Virus record (IMG/VR): IMGVR_UViG_2880389630_000005
Origin: a virus
Taxonomy: Duplodnaviria; Heunggongvirae; Uroviricota; Caudoviricetes
Strand: one strand, 5' to 3'
Length of the DNA: 64,000 nt
Position 1 is the first letter of the stretch; every line of letters begins with the position of its first letter. Below are positions 54,062 through 63,384 of the stretch, in pieces. The translations under genes and the position numbers were made by a program. Under the pieces are notes generated by a model. That model had not been told where the DNA came from and searched no databases. It worked only from the letters and a program-made list of their open reading frames with translations.

Positions 54062-54922
54062 TCACCTGTCGAAAAACACGTAGCCAGTTTTCGATACGGT
54101 GATTGCGGATGATGGTTTGGATTGTGGTTGAATAGTTTCTGGCTTCTCGTCGTTCCAGCGCTGACCGTTCAGGTAGCTCGATGGTAACAACCTGTCGAAT
54201 CCGAACTGCTTACCATTCCTGCATGCGATGTCTTCTGCCAGCATCGTGGCAAACTCGCTTGCCGTACCCCTGGTAGTTTTACGCCATTCCCTGAACTGTG
54301 TTCTGAATGCCGAAGCTGCGTTTTTCTTCCCGGCTTTCCGCATGCCTGCACACCAGAATATTTCCTCGAATGCCTTGTCGGTTTCTTGGTGACGGTCAGA
54401 TGATTTTTCACACTCCGTCCGAACACTTTCGGACATAGTGTTTTTATTATTTCTTTTTTCTTTTGTAATAGTTTCTTTTGTGTGTCCCTGTTTTGGTGAC
54501 AGCGCTGTCACCGTTTTGGTGACACTTTTTGTCACCAATGCAGTGACATTATCACCAGAGTAGTGACACCCTTCGATTTGCCATTCTTCGATGTTCTTGT
54601 TAGGCCCGATTTGCTGGCCTTCGCGAAGGATAACCTTCATCGCGATAAGCTCATTCTTGGCCTTGTTTACCTTCTGTCTTGGCAGCCTGGTAATTTGAGC
54701 TAACTGACTATCAGAGATGCGATCCATCTTTTTACCGTAGCCGTATGTTTTACGGCATATGGCGTGGGCAACCTTGCTCTGATTTTTCGTTAAATCTGCG
54801 CCGATAAGCTCTTCATACAGGGCATTTGCAAGACGGGTATAACCATCTTCAACTTCTGCCACACGACGCTCCACAGGCCGTTGTGAAGGCCTTAAATGTG
54901 TTACGGTTGCAAGATTACTCAT
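54062..54922 (-). CDS. replication initiator (lambda O-like N-terminal domain)
   Basis: 286 aa; N-terminal segment (GADLTK.Q.KV...RKTYG...MDRI.DSQL..IT.LP...GPNKNI.EW) similar to lambda O; iterons inside the gene. Confidence 0.7.
   Translation of the reverse strand: MSNLATVTHLRPSQRPVERRVAEVEDGYTRLANALYEELIGADLTKNQSKVAHAICRKTYGYGKKMDRISDSQLAQITRLPRQKVNKAKNELIAMKVILREGQQIGPNKNIEEWQIEGCHYSGDNVTALVTKSVTKTVTALSPKQGHTKETITKEKRNNKNTMSESVRTECEKSSDRHQETDKAFEEIFWCAGMRKAGKKNAASAFRTQFREWRKTTRGTASEFATMLAEDIACRNGKQFGFDRLLPSSYLNGQRWNDEKPETIQPQSKPSSAITVSKTGYVFFDR
54470..54575. repeat. replication origin iterons within the O-like gene
   Basis: Repeated GGTGACA/TGTCACC half-sites (GGTGACAGCGCTGTCACC, GGTGACACTTTTTGTCACC, ...) next to an AT-rich stretch (about 54420-54470). 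Confidence 0.6.
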
Positions 54923-55061
54923 GACCTTTCTCCTTCTGCATCAGCTTCACTTTTTCCAACTCAGCCCGGAATCGACCAGGCTGCTTGAAGCTGGACAGGA
55001 AGCGATCACGTAGTATGTGTTTGTGAATTTTGTCCTGGTAAGGACTGAGTTGTTTTGTCAT
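54915..55061 (-). CDS. small hypothetical ORF between cII and O-like gene
   Basis: 48-aa ORF found by hand translation ([21 protein letters not shown]...), overlapping the initiator start. Confidence 0.25.
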   Translation of the reverse strand: MTKQLSPYQDKIHKHILRDRFLSSFKQPGRFRAELEKVKLMQKEKGHE

Positions 55062-55095
55062 AATTACTCCTGTGGATTGATCCAGTCTTTCTACA

Positions 55096-55377
55096 TCAGG
55101 CCTCGAAGAATTCGCCGTTCTTCGGGGCTTTTTCTTTTGTCAGGTAATTGGCAAGCCGCTTAGTCAATTCAGCCATTTCATCGTCTTCGATTCCGTATTC
55201 CAGAACAGCCAGCATCATGCTTACCTGCGAGAAGAAACCATTCTTCCATCGGCTTACCTGATATTCAGGAACCCCCATTGCTCGAGCGAATGTCTTCTGC
55301 CCCATCAGTGCCAGTTTGTTCAGCAAGGCTGACTCGATGCGAGCCGCTTTCTTGCTTTTAGTTGCAATAGTACCCAT
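55096..55377 (-). CDS. cII: transcriptional activator CII
   Basis: 93 aa; RIESALLNK...SRWK...SMLLAVLE motifs as in lambda CII. Confidence 0.75.
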   Translation of the reverse strand: MGTIATKSKKAARIESALLNKLALMGQKTFARAMGVPEYQVSRWKNGFFSQVSMMLAVLEYGIEDDEMAELTKRLANYLTKEKAPKNGEFFEA

Positions 55378-55453
55378 AGATAATTTCCTTAATGATTAGA
55401 TAGAGTTGGCTTCGCAAAGAAACGCAAAACCATAGAGATTTGTTTCTGGTAAT

Positions 55454-55485
55454 GCCCTTTTTCAGGGCTGTGATGTGTAAGAGCT
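55454..55485 (-). promoter_or_regulatory. nutR (boxA and boxB)
   Basis: On - strand boxA-like AGCTCTTA followed by boxB hairpin GCCCTGAAAAAGGGC, just downstream of cro. Confidence 0.55.
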
Positions 55486-55493
55486 AGAATGTC

Positions 55494-55709
55494 TTAAGCG
55501 GCTTTGTGTTCCGGCGGGAACACGTCATCAAGACTGACTTTTGCGCCTAACTTGTTTAGGCACTCAACAAGAGCACGGCATGTTTTAAGGTCTGGGAAGC
55601 GACGACCAGATTCCCAATGTCCGATAGCTCCCTGTGTGCATCCAACTGCCTTAGCAAGTGTTGTTTGAGAGATATTCAGTGACTCTCGATATTTTCGTAG
55701 GTTGCTCAT
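55494..55709 (-). CDS. cro: Cro-type HTH repressor
   Basis: 71 aa from internal Met (MSNLRKYRESLNISQTTLAKAVGCTQGAIGHWESG...); HTH; divergent from cI. Confidence 0.7.
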   Translation of the reverse strand: MSNLRKYRESLNISQTTLAKAVGCTQGAIGHWESGRRFPDLKTCRALVECLNKLGAKVSLDDVFPPEHKAA

Positions 55710-55820
55710 ATGCCCTCCATAGTAACCATGAAATAATAATACGATATGTACTTTTAGAATGCAAACAAAAAATACATCTTGTGCATGGATGGTTTTAGTA
55801 CAGAGCGTAATAATAAGGGT
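55710..55820. promoter_or_regulatory. immunity control region (OR operators, pR, pRM)
   Basis: About 110-bp AT-rich divergent intergenic region between cro and cI; operators not individually resolved. Confidence 0.5.
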
Positions 55821-56480
55821 ATGAAAATGAAATGGTATGAACTGGCTAGATCCAGAATGAAAGAGCTCGGCATAACTCAAGAGAAGTTAGCTGAAGAGCT
55901 TGGTATGACGCAGGGTGGAATTGGTCACTGGTTGCGCGGATCTCGTCATCCATCTCTTGACGAGATTGGTGTGGTGTTTAAATACCTTGGTATTGATAAC
56001 GTCTCATTCAACCACGACGGTACATTTTCACCTGTTGGCGAATACTCATCTGCCCCCGTTAAAAAACAATATGAGTACCCTGTTTTTTCTCATGTTCAGG
56101 CCGGGATGTTCTCGCCTGAACTTAGAACCTTTACCAAAGGTGATGCGGAGAGATGGGTCAGCACAACCAAAAAAGCCAGTGATTGTGCGTTCTGGCTTGA
56201 AGTTGAAGGTAATTCCATGACCGCGCCAACAGGATCCAAGCCAAGCTTTCCTGACGGGATGTTAATTCTCGTTGACCCTGAGCAGGCTGTTGAGCCAGGT
56301 GATTTCTGCATAGCCAGACTTGGTGGTGACGAGTTTACCTTCAAGAAACTGATCAGGGATAGCGGTCAGGTGTTCCTACATCCACTAAACCCGCAATATC
56401 CAATGATCCCATGCAATGATAGCTGTTCCGTTGTAGGGAAAGTTATCGCCAGCCAGTGGCCTGAAGAGACATTTAGTTAA
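55821..56480 (+). CDS. cI: CI repressor (HTH plus LexA-like S24 peptidase domain)
   Basis: About 219 aa; N-terminal HTH; C-terminal GNSM...Ser/Lys autocleavage domain motifs; start may be the ATG 6 nt downstream. Confidence 0.8.
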   Translation: MKMKWYELARSRMKELGITQEKLAEELGMTQGGIGHWLRGSRHPSLDEIGVVFKYLGIDNVSFNHDGTFSPVGEYSSAPVKKQYEYPVFSHVQAGMFSPELRTFTKGDAERWVSTTKKASDCAFWLEVEGNSMTAPTGSKPSFPDGMLILVDPEQAVEPGDFCIARLGGDEFTFKKLIRDSGQVFLHPLNPQYPMIPCNDSCSVVGKVIASQWPEETFS

Positions 56481-56512
56481 CAGCCTCACCACTCTAAAGC
56501 ACACAACAATAA

Positions 56513-56540
56513 CCCGACCTTAGTGTCGGGTTTTCTTTTT
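56513..56540 (+). terminator. rho-independent terminator after cI
   Basis: CCCGACC-TTAGT-GTCGGG followed by TTTTCTTTTT. Confidence 0.6.
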
Positions 56541-56605
56541 CCAAAATATAAACCCATTAAATACAAAGCGTTATAAAAAACCAATTATATTTAGAACATT
56601 TTGTA

Positions 56606-56634
56606 TTGACTCGATAAAGTACAAATCGTACTAT
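56606..56634 (+). promoter_or_regulatory. candidate pL promoter (with OL)
   Basis: TTGACT -35 and TACTAT -10 with 17-bp spacer; GTACAAATCGTAC dyad overlaps; upstream of nutL and N. Confidence 0.45.
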
Positions 56635-56673
56635 TTAGCCATCAGCAGGACGCACTGACCACCATGAAGGTGA

Positions 56674-56704
56674 GGCTCTTAAAAATTTAGCCCTGAAGAA
56701 GGGC
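56674..56704 (+). promoter_or_regulatory. nutL (boxA and boxB)
   Basis: boxA-like GGCTCTTA and boxB hairpin GCCCTGAAGAAGGGC, identical to lambda nutL boxB. Confidence 0.7.
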
Positions 56705-56814
56705 AGCATTCAAAGCAGAAAGCTTTGAGTAGCGCGAAATGCAGCTGCAAGACAGCAACCGTGGAGATAAGCATCACGGCGCGTTACTCAAAGCTAACTG
56801 ACAGGAGAATCCGG

Positions 56815-57141
56815 ATGGATGCACAAACACGCCGCCGCGAACGTCGCGCAGAGAAACAGGCTCAATGGAAAGCAGCAAATCCCCTGTTAGTTGGGGTAAG
56901 CGCAAAACCAGTTAACCGCCCTATTCTCTCGCTGAATCGCAAACCGAAATCACGAGTAGAAAGCGCACTGAATCCGATAGACCTTACGGTGCTGGCTGAA
57001 TACCACGAACAGATTGAAAGCAACCTGCAGCGTATTGAGCGCAAGAATCAGCGCACATGGTACAGCAAGCCACGTAGTGAAATGGGTGTGACTTGTGTTG
57101 GTCGCCAGAAAATGAAATTAGGCAGCAAACCACTTATTTGA
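56815..57141 (+). CDS. N: antitermination protein N
   Basis: Starts at internal Met; MDAQTRRRERRAEKQAQWKAANPLLVGVSAKPVNRPILSLNRKPKSRVESALNPIDLTVLAEYH matches lambda N. Confidence 0.85.
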   Translation: MDAQTRRRERRAEKQAQWKAANPLLVGVSAKPVNRPILSLNRKPKSRVESALNPIDLTVLAEYHEQIESNLQRIERKNQRTWYSKPRSEMGVTCVGRQKMKLGSKPLI

Positions 57142-57152
57142 GAGGAATTAAT

Positions 57153-57776
57153 ATGTCATCAATCCGCTTAACTACGAGAATGAAAGAGGAAATCGCTCGT
57201 AACGCTTTAATTAAGTCTGGGGTTTTCACTGAACTTAAAGAAGTAACAAAGTTAAAGAACCAGCTTGCACTTGACGCCAGAGTTATTGCGTTTGGCGGTA
57301 AAAAGAAAACTGAGGAAGTGGAACAGTTATCATCCAAGTTAGTAGCTATAAGTGAAGAACTTGAAAAAATGGGATGTTCATTTTACTCACGCGATGTTCG
57401 TTCTACATCAATTTATCTGACTGTATCTGGCAGAAGGGTTGGATGGCTTTCATATGGGAAAGACGGCAACGGTGAAGATATATTGCTCCCTACTCCGACC
57501 AAAGATAAATGCATGTTTGACGCAGAACACGAAATAACAAAAAGGTTTGATGAAATCTGCGCATTGCAACAAAACCTTGAAGCCTTGAAAAAGGATATCG
57601 AATCAAATGTATGGGCTGCTTTGAACTCAGTCACAACAGTTAAGCGACTTATTGAAGTTTGGCCTGAAAGCAAAGAATTGCTACCAAAAGAAGAAGATAA
57701 AGCAAGTACAGCACTTCCTGCTTTACGGGTAGAAGATTTGAATAAGATGATTGGACTTCCTTCCGAGGCCGCATAG
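57153..57776 (+). CDS. hypothetical protein, first ORF of N-cIII accessory block
   Basis: About 207 aa from ATG with GAGGAA RBS; AT-rich; no motif recognised. Confidence 0.4.
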   Translation: MSSIRLTTRMKEEIARNALIKSGVFTELKEVTKLKNQLALDARVIAFGGKKKTEEVEQLSSKLVAISEELEKMGCSFYSRDVRSTSIYLTVSGRRVGWLSYGKDGNGEDILLPTPTKDKCMFDAEHEITKRFDEICALQQNLEALKKDIESNVWAALNSVTTVKRLIEVWPESKELLPKEEDKASTALPALRVEDLNKMIGLPSEAA

Positions 57777-57792
57777 TCGGCCTTTATTTTTG
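57766..57792 (+). terminator. hairpin with T-tract after the 57153 gene
   Basis: AGGCCG-CATAGT-CGGCCT followed by TTATTTTT. Confidence 0.4.
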
Positions 57793-57815
57793 GCATAAAT
57801 ACACAGAGGTGAATA

Positions 57816-58067
57816 ATGACAGCAGGAAGAATGAAAAGGCCATGGAATGTTGTTGGCGCTGGATTTAACGATGATGGGGTTTATTTCACGTTTGACGATA
57901 CAACCATCCATCGAGGTGATGTGAGATTGATGGAGGCAGCTCCTGATTTGCTCGAAGCTCTGCAAGCGATGCTAAACAAGGCATACAAGCAAAACTGGAA
58001 TGACCATTATCCTGATGAAGTATCGAAAGCACAGTCAGCAATCAGCAAAGCCCTTGGAGATGAGTAA
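57816..58067 (+). CDS. hypothetical protein
   Basis: 83 aa; AT-rich. Confidence 0.35.
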   Translation: MTAGRMKRPWNVVGAGFNDDGVYFTFDDTTIHRGDVRLMEAAPDLLEALQAMLNKAYKQNWNDHYPDEVSKAQSAISKALGDE

Positions 58068-58070
58068 TAT

Positions 58071-58541
58071 ATGACAAAATCATGGAGCGTACCTTTTCCT
58101 GAATCAGAAACTGAACATGAGGGAATGCCTGTTTTCTGGAGATTCCAAGCGACAGTTGAAGAAGATGGAATCAAAATATTCGCACTTCAATATATAGCTT
58201 TTCATCAGACAGAGCATTATGCATGGTTGGTTCCTGCGCATTGGATTGTTAATTTTAAACCAGCACCAAATCAGTGGTTACAGGAATGGAAACAAAGGAG
58301 AAATAGATATGCAATTAAGAAAGTAGCAAAAAATGCAGAAAGATCTTTTGCATTCCCAACGAAGAAACTTGCCATTGAGAGTTTATTGCGCCGGAAGAAA
58401 CACCATTTAATGAGAATCAAACAAGATTTAGCTGTTGTATCAACTCTTGTTGATGGGATGAAGAATATTGATACATCAACACCAGATATTGAATATAACT
58501 TTGGACACAACCAAGAAACAGAAAATTGGGTATTTTATTAG
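58071..58541 (+). CDS. hypothetical protein
   Basis: 156 aa; AT-rich; follows previous ORF by 3 nt. Confidence 0.35.
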   Translation: MTKSWSVPFPESETEHEGMPVFWRFQATVEEDGIKIFALQYIAFHQTEHYAWLVPAHWIVNFKPAPNQWLQEWKQRRNRYAIKKVAKNAERSFAFPTKKLAIESLLRRKKHHLMRIKQDLAVVSTLVDGMKNIDTSTPDIEYNFGHNQETENWVFY

Positions 58542-58731
58542 TACGAATAAGCACTGTGTATTCATTCCAACGAGTGAATACACGGAGCAATGTCGCTCGT
58601 AACTAAACAGGAGCCGACTTGTTCTGATTATTGGAAATCTTCTTTGCCCTCCAGTGTGGGGGCCTTTTTATATGCATACCAATAACGCTTCACTCGAGGC
58701 GTTTTCGTTATGTATAAATAAGGAGCACACC

Positions 58732-58896
58732 ATGCAATATGCCATTGCAGGGTGGCCTGTTGCTGGCTGCCCTTCCGAATCTTTACTTGAACGAATTACC
58801 CGTAAATTACGTGACGGATGGAAACGCCTTATCGACATACTTAATCAGCCAGGAGTCCCAAAAAATGGATCAAACACTTATGGCTATCCAGACTAA
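58732..58896 (+). CDS. cIII: CIII (FtsH inhibitor)
   Basis: 54 aa from internal Met; MQYAIAGWPVAGCPSESLLERITRKLRDGWKRLIDILNQPGVPKNGSNTYGYPD matches lambda CIII. Confidence 0.85.
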   Translation: MQYAIAGWPVAGCPSESLLERITRKLRDGWKRLIDILNQPGVPKNGSNTYGYPD

Positions 58897-58978
58897 ATTC
58901 ACTATCGCCACTTTTATTGGCGATGAAAAGATGTTTCGTGAGGCCATCGAAGCCTACAGAAAATGGAGGTCAAAATGA
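58865..58978 (+). CDS. kil: Kil-like small protein
   Basis: 37-aa ORF MDQTLMAIQTKFTIATFIGDEKMFREA... overlapping the cIII 3' end as lambda kil does; shorter than remembered lambda Kil. Confidence 0.5.
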   Translation: MDQTLMAIQTKFTIATFIGDEKMFREAIEAYRKWRSK

Positions 58979-59163
58979 TTCCGGTAGAACTGGCGAAAAC
59001 TCCAGAATTAAGTCGATTAAAAAGAGAATATCACATTGCTGAGGCTCGTTACTGGCGTAAAGCGGGAGATAAATCAAAGAAACAACTTTGTTTATGGCAG
59101 GCTCAAAGAGAGCGCATGAATGAGCGCGAATTTCTTTCCGTCCCATCCGAATTACCATTCTGA
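58963..59163 (+). CDS. hypothetical small protein
   Basis: 66-aa ORF between kil-like and ATPase genes; start ambiguous. Confidence 0.3.
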   Translation: MEVKMIPVELAKTPELSRLKREYHIAEARYWRKAGDKSKKQLCLWQAQRERMNEREFLSVPSELPF

Positions 59164-59171
59164 GGCAAATT

Positions 59172-59852
59172 ATGGGAACTGCGACATTAATACTCGGTGA
59201 ATCTGGCACCGGAAAATCAACCAGCATGAGAAATATCAATCCAGAGGAAGCAATACTTATAAAACCAATAGGCAAGCCGCTACCATTTAAATCAAAAGAC
59301 TGGCTTGCATGGGATGCCAGAGCAAAAAAAGGAACCGTAGTTACCACTGACAAATGGGACGTAATAGTTGCCGTAATTAAGCGTGCTCACGAATACGGGA
59401 AAAGAATCGTTATTGTTGATGACTTCCAGTATGTGATGAGCAATGAGTTTATGCGCCGCTCAGAAGAAAAATCGTTTGATAAATTTACTGAGATAGGCCG
59501 CCACGCATGGGAGGTGATTAAGGCTGCACAGGATGCACCTGATGACCTGAGAGTCTATTTTCTTGCACACACCGAAGAAACCCCTATGGGGCGCGTGAAA
59601 ATGAAAACTATCGGCAAAATGCTGGACGAGAAAATCACTGTCGAAGGCATGTTTACTATAGTTCTTCGCACCCTTACCCGTGATGACCAGTTCTTTTTCA
59701 CCACAAAAAACAACGGTGCAGACACTGTTAAATCCCCAATGGGAATGTTTGACTCCAATGAGATTGATAACGATCTCTCTTTCGTCGATGCCACTGTTTG
59801 TGATTACTACGGCATCAATAATGTTCATCAAATTAAGGAAAACGCAGCATGA
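59172..59852 (+). CDS. Sak4-like RecA-core ATPase (phage recombination protein)
   Basis: 226 aa; Walker A GESGTGKS near N-terminus; Walker B-like VIVDDFQ; sits where lambda has Red genes. Confidence 0.55.
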   Translation: MGTATLILGESGTGKSTSMRNINPEEAILIKPIGKPLPFKSKDWLAWDARAKKGTVVTTDKWDVIVAVIKRAHEYGKRIVIVDDFQYVMSNEFMRRSEEKSFDKFTEIGRHAWEVIKAAQDAPDDLRVYFLAHTEETPMGRVKMKTIGKMLDEKITVEGMFTIVLRTLTRDDQFFFTTKNNGADTVKSPMGMFDSNEIDNDLSFVDATVCDYYGINNVHQIKENAA

Positions 59853-60436
59853 GCAACGTGATTTTTACTTATAACGAAGAAGCAGCACTGACCGCAGGGC
59901 AAGGTGGTTTTATTAACGAAACTGGCGCTCATATCATTACCATTACTGAAGCAGAACTCAAGCAATCAGAAAAAGGCGCAAAATTTATTGAGTTTTCTGG
60001 CGAATCCGACGACGGACGTAAAATCCAATATCTTAGCGTCTGTGTTCAGAAAAATGACGGAACGGAAAACAAATTTGGCGCAAATGTCGTTCACGCCATG
60101 ATGGGGTGTGCCGGTATTGGACAATTAACGCAACATATGGTTTCCGCCAGTAAATTTGTTGCGCCTGAATTTCATGGAAAGAAAATCGGGTTAGTGCTCC
60201 AGAAAGTATTAACCACAAACAAAAAGACTGGCGCAGACAGCTACCAGATGGAAATACGCATCCCGTTTATTGCACAAACAGGTCAAACCCTTAAAGAAAA
60301 GGCGGAAGGCAAGCAACCAGAAACTATCGCCAACATGGTTGCCAGCCTCAAAGATAAAGACAATCGCTCTAAAAACGTAAGCCAGAATCATGCAGATGAT
60401 TATGGTTACAGCCAGAACGATTACCCTCCTTTCTGA
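59849..60436 (+). CDS. putative ssDNA-binding protein (DUF669-like)
   Basis: 195 aa; overlaps ATPase stop; C-terminal acidic/aromatic tail ...DDYGYSQNDYPPF resembles an SSB C-terminal tip. Confidence 0.4.
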   Translation: MSNVIFTYNEEAALTAGQGGFINETGAHIITITEAELKQSEKGAKFIEFSGESDDGRKIQYLSVCVQKNDGTENKFGANVVHAMMGCAGIGQLTQHMVSASKFVAPEFHGKKIGLVLQKVLTTNKKTGADSYQMEIRIPFIAQTGQTLKEKAEGKQPETIANMVASLKDKDNRSKNVSQNHADDYGYSQNDYPPF

Positions 60437-60459
60437 TTACTGAAAATAAGGCTCCCATT

Positions 60460-60753
60460 ATGCCAGCGCCTCTGTATGGTGCGGATGACCCGCGCCGCTG
60501 TTCCGGCAATTCCGTATCGGAGGTGCTGGATAAATTCAGAAAAAACTACGACCTGATAATGTCGCTACCGCAGGAAACGAAAGAGGAAAAGGAATTTCGC
60601 CATTGTATATGGCTTGCAGAGAAAGAAGAACGCGAGCGAATTTACCAGACATCAATCCGACCATTCCGCAAAGCCACATATACCCACTTCCCTGAAATTG
60701 ACCCTCGCCTGCGTAATTACCGCTCACGCTATGGCGCTATCAGTAATGACTGA
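60460..60753 (+). CDS. hypothetical protein
   Basis: 97 aa. Confidence 0.35.
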   Translation: MPAPLYGADDPRRCSGNSVSEVLDKFRKNYDLIMSLPQETKEEKEFRHCIWLAEKEERERIYQTSIRPFRKATYTHFPEIDPRLRNYRSRYGAISND

Positions 60754-60927
60754 GGAATTTACCATGAGAGGACTTGCATACAATCCCGGCATTCTTCCAG
60801 CAGAAATGATTATTCGCCAACGCGTAAAGCCAATGCCATAGAGAGAGGAATTGCTTAAGAGAAATAGTTTCGGTTCTGTTAATGACAACAAATATCTGAA
60901 TGCGATGTTGCGTAAAGGAGTCATCCA

Positions 60928-61305
60928 ATGAGCAAGATTGATTATCAAAAGCTTCGTGAAATCGCTGAAAAAACAAAAATTGCTGGTGAAGCACCTGTAA
61001 TGCCTTTCGATCAGCGAATTAATGCGCTTAACGATTTTATGAAGCACTTTTCGCCAGATATCGCGCTGGCATTGTTGGATGAAGTTAAACGCCTAGAAGA
61101 CACAAATATTGATGCCATGTGCCGAATTGCAGAACTGGAGAGCAATCGCGCGACGCTGGCGGCGGAGCATGGTATTCAGATTGCAATAAATGAACTGCTT
61201 GCTCTGGCCCCGCGTCTGGATAAACGAGCGGTGGATGCACTCTCTGTGGCTGTGGAGCACCTGTGTAAACTGATTAAGAAGGAGGCAGTCAGTGAGCAAA
61301 ATTAA
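60928..61305 (+). CDS. Ead/Ea22-like protein
   Basis: 125 aa; shares N-terminal pattern MSKI.YQ.LRE.A... and ALALLDE-type segment with next ORF. Confidence 0.45.
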   Translation: MSKIDYQKLREIAEKTKIAGEAPVMPFDQRINALNDFMKHFSPDIALALLDEVKRLEDTNIDAMCRIAELESNRATLAAEHGIQIAINELLALAPRLDKRAVDALSVAVEHLCKLIKKEAVSEQN

Positions 61306-61888
61306 TTGCCAGGCACTGCGTGAGGCGGCACAGAACGCGAAAGATTTAGGTGGGATTAAGAATTACAAGCGAGGCGAGCAAGCTGTTGCCGAATTTGAGT
61401 CCTTGATAACGCCACACATTGTGCTGGGGCTTCTGGATGAACGGGAAAGAAACCAGCAATACATAAAACGCCGTGACCAGGAGAACGAGGAAATTGCGCT
61501 AACGGTAGGGAAGCTGCGTGTTGAGCTGGAAGCCGCAGAGAAGCGCAACGCAAAATTACAAAGCGAGAATGCATACATCCGCAACAGGTACAAAGAACTG
61601 GACCTATTAATCGGGAAAAACATTCTGGTCATGCAGGCTGCCATTATCGAATGGCAATCGACTGGCGACGCTAAAAGCGGACTGGCATGGATTTATAACA
61701 CACTGTTTGGCCCAGGCGAATTGCCGGACGAATCTGAGAAAGATGCTCAGGCCTACTTTAATCGCAAATATGCACCGATTGACGAAAAGCTCATGGAGCT
61801 TCACAAGTGGTTTTGGGAACAAAGTGAAGCCGAGCGCGCCGCTGGAATTCGCACCAAAGGAGACGCAGGAGAGCAAAACGATGAATAA
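61292..61888 (+). CDS. Ead/Ea22-like protein (paralog of previous)
   Basis: 198 aa; N-terminus parallels previous ORF (MSKINCQALREAAQ...HIVLGLLDE). Confidence 0.45.
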   Translation: MSKINCQALREAAQNAKDLGGIKNYKRGEQAVAEFESLITPHIVLGLLDERERNQQYIKRRDQENEEIALTVGKLRVELEAAEKRNAKLQSENAYIRNRYKELDLLIGKNILVMQAAIIEWQSTGDAKSGLAWIYNTLFGPGELPDESEKDAQAYFNRKYAPIDEKLMELHKWFWEQSEAERAAGIRTKGDAGEQNDE

Positions 61889-62072
61889 CCGTAAAGCAAA
61901 GATGCTTATTTCCCGTGTATACAGACGTTGCTATCCCAGCCAGTGGTTGAGAGTTAGCAATCGCCGTATGGTGTTGTACTTATATTCTGGAATTGCCAGA
62001 GAGGGAATCAAAGATAAGCGCAGCGCGGCGCAAAACCGCTGGAAAAACCCCTTGCGTATCAAAGGAGAGTGA
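61881..62072 (+). CDS. small basic hypothetical protein
   Basis: 63 aa from internal ATG overlapping the upstream stop. Confidence 0.3.
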   Translation: MNNRKAKMLISRVYRRCYPSQWLRVSNRRMVLYLYSGIAREGIKDKRSAAQNRWKNPLRIKGE

Positions 62073-62210
62073 GGATGTTCAATAATTTGCCTGGTACTGG
62101 TTTTTTCGTTGTTTTCGGTGTCATTTGCGCCGTTATTGGTTGGGCAGTTATTGAGTCCATTCTTTGGCTGCTTTCTTTCATTCACATAACTATTGGTTGA
62201 GAACTGACCC

Positions 62211-63008
62211 ATGACCACTTTCACCGACAAAGAACTGATTAAAGAAATCAAAGAGCGCATAGGCAGCCTGGACGTTCGAGACAATATTGAGCGACGGTCG
62301 TATGAAATTGCTCTGGCATCGCTGGAACGCGAACTGATTCGCCACGAGCATGCCAAATGGTCTGACTCCACATTTGGCTGCGTTGGCCCCATTGGTCCAC
62401 TGAAACACCTCTCAAAAGAGGCTCTGGAAGCCGCAGCCGAACCAGACGATCTCAGCGAGTGGGCTGATATGCATTTCCTGTTGTGGGATGCACAGCGCCG
62501 TGCTGGCATCAGCGATGCTGAAATTACCGCTGCTATGGAAGATAAATTGAAGATCAACATGGAGCGCCAGTGGCCTGAACCAAAAGATGGTGAGCCTCGC
62601 TTGCACATTAAAGAACCCGGCAACTCTCCGGTAATTCCGGATGGTTTATCCACGGTATGCGCTGAGGCTTATCAGGTTGTAGGAGTTATGGCAGATGCGC
62701 TTGGTGTATTCGGTGATGCAGCAGTACAGAAAGTTCTGGATAACCTGTCACAGCAAAAACTTGTTCACAGAGATGTGCTGCCGTTCTCGCTTCCGGTGAC
62801 TCCGGATGGTTGGATAAGCTGTAGTGAGCGAATGCCGGATACCAAAACAGCCGTTCTTGTTGCCAGGGAGTTTGACAGGAAAGGTGACTGGCGAATGAAA
62901 TGGGCGACTTACATCCCGGGTCATCCTGACGCTAATGATGGGTGGATAATTCCTGGTGCGTCGTGGAAACCGTCACACTGGATGCCGCTACCAGAGCCTC
63001 CACTTTGA
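62211..63008 (+). CDS. DUF550/DUF551-type phage protein
   Basis: 265 aa; C-terminal WISCSERMP...WMPLPEPP resembles DUF551 of lambdoid early-left regions. Confidence 0.45.
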   Translation: MTTFTDKELIKEIKERIGSLDVRDNIERRSYEIALASLERELIRHEHAKWSDSTFGCVGPIGPLKHLSKEALEAAAEPDDLSEWADMHFLLWDAQRRAGISDAEITAAMEDKLKINMERQWPEPKDGEPRLHIKEPGNSPVIPDGLSTVCAEAYQVVGVMADALGVFGDAAVQKVLDNLSQQKLVHRDVLPFSLPVTPDGWISCSERMPDTKTAVLVAREFDRKGDWRMKWATYIPGHPDANDGWIIPGASWKPSHWMPLPEPPL

Positions 63009-63104
63009 AAGCGAAGCTTATACATATCTTTTACATCAGCAATCTATTGTTAATCTCCAATCAATGTTACGTTGTCATCTCACTCATGCTTTGGAGGTAG
63101 TGAT

Positions 63105-63284
63105 ATGTCTTGTCCAAAATGCGGTTCTGGAAATATTGCAAAAGAAAAAACAATGCGTGGATGGTCTGGTGATTATGTGTGCTGCGATTGCGGATACAAC
63201 GACTCTAAAGACGCATTTGGAGAGCGTGGTAAAAACGAGTTTGTCAAAATTAATAAAGATCGCGAAGGCAACGGAAAAAGCTAA
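63105..63284 (+). CDS. small zinc-ribbon protein
   Basis: 59 aa from ATG with GGAGG RBS; CPKCGS...CCDCG motif. Confidence 0.35.
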   Translation: MSCPKCGSGNIAKEKTMRGWSGDYVCCDCGYNDSKDAFGERGKNEFVKINKDREGNGKS

Positions 63285-63384
63285 TTTATTTATTCATATA
63301 TGAAAACAATGTAACCAATATTCGATTTGAAGAACTGAAAGAACACCAAGCCGCCTGATGGCGGTTTTTTATTGGAGACAAGAA

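Noticed and set aside
54470-54575. Clustered short repeats that could be mistaken for a CRISPR array
   Set aside because: The repeats are dyad half-sites of 18-19 bp inside the initiator coding sequence next to an AT-rich stretch, with no regular spacers and no cas genes; they fit replication origin iterons.
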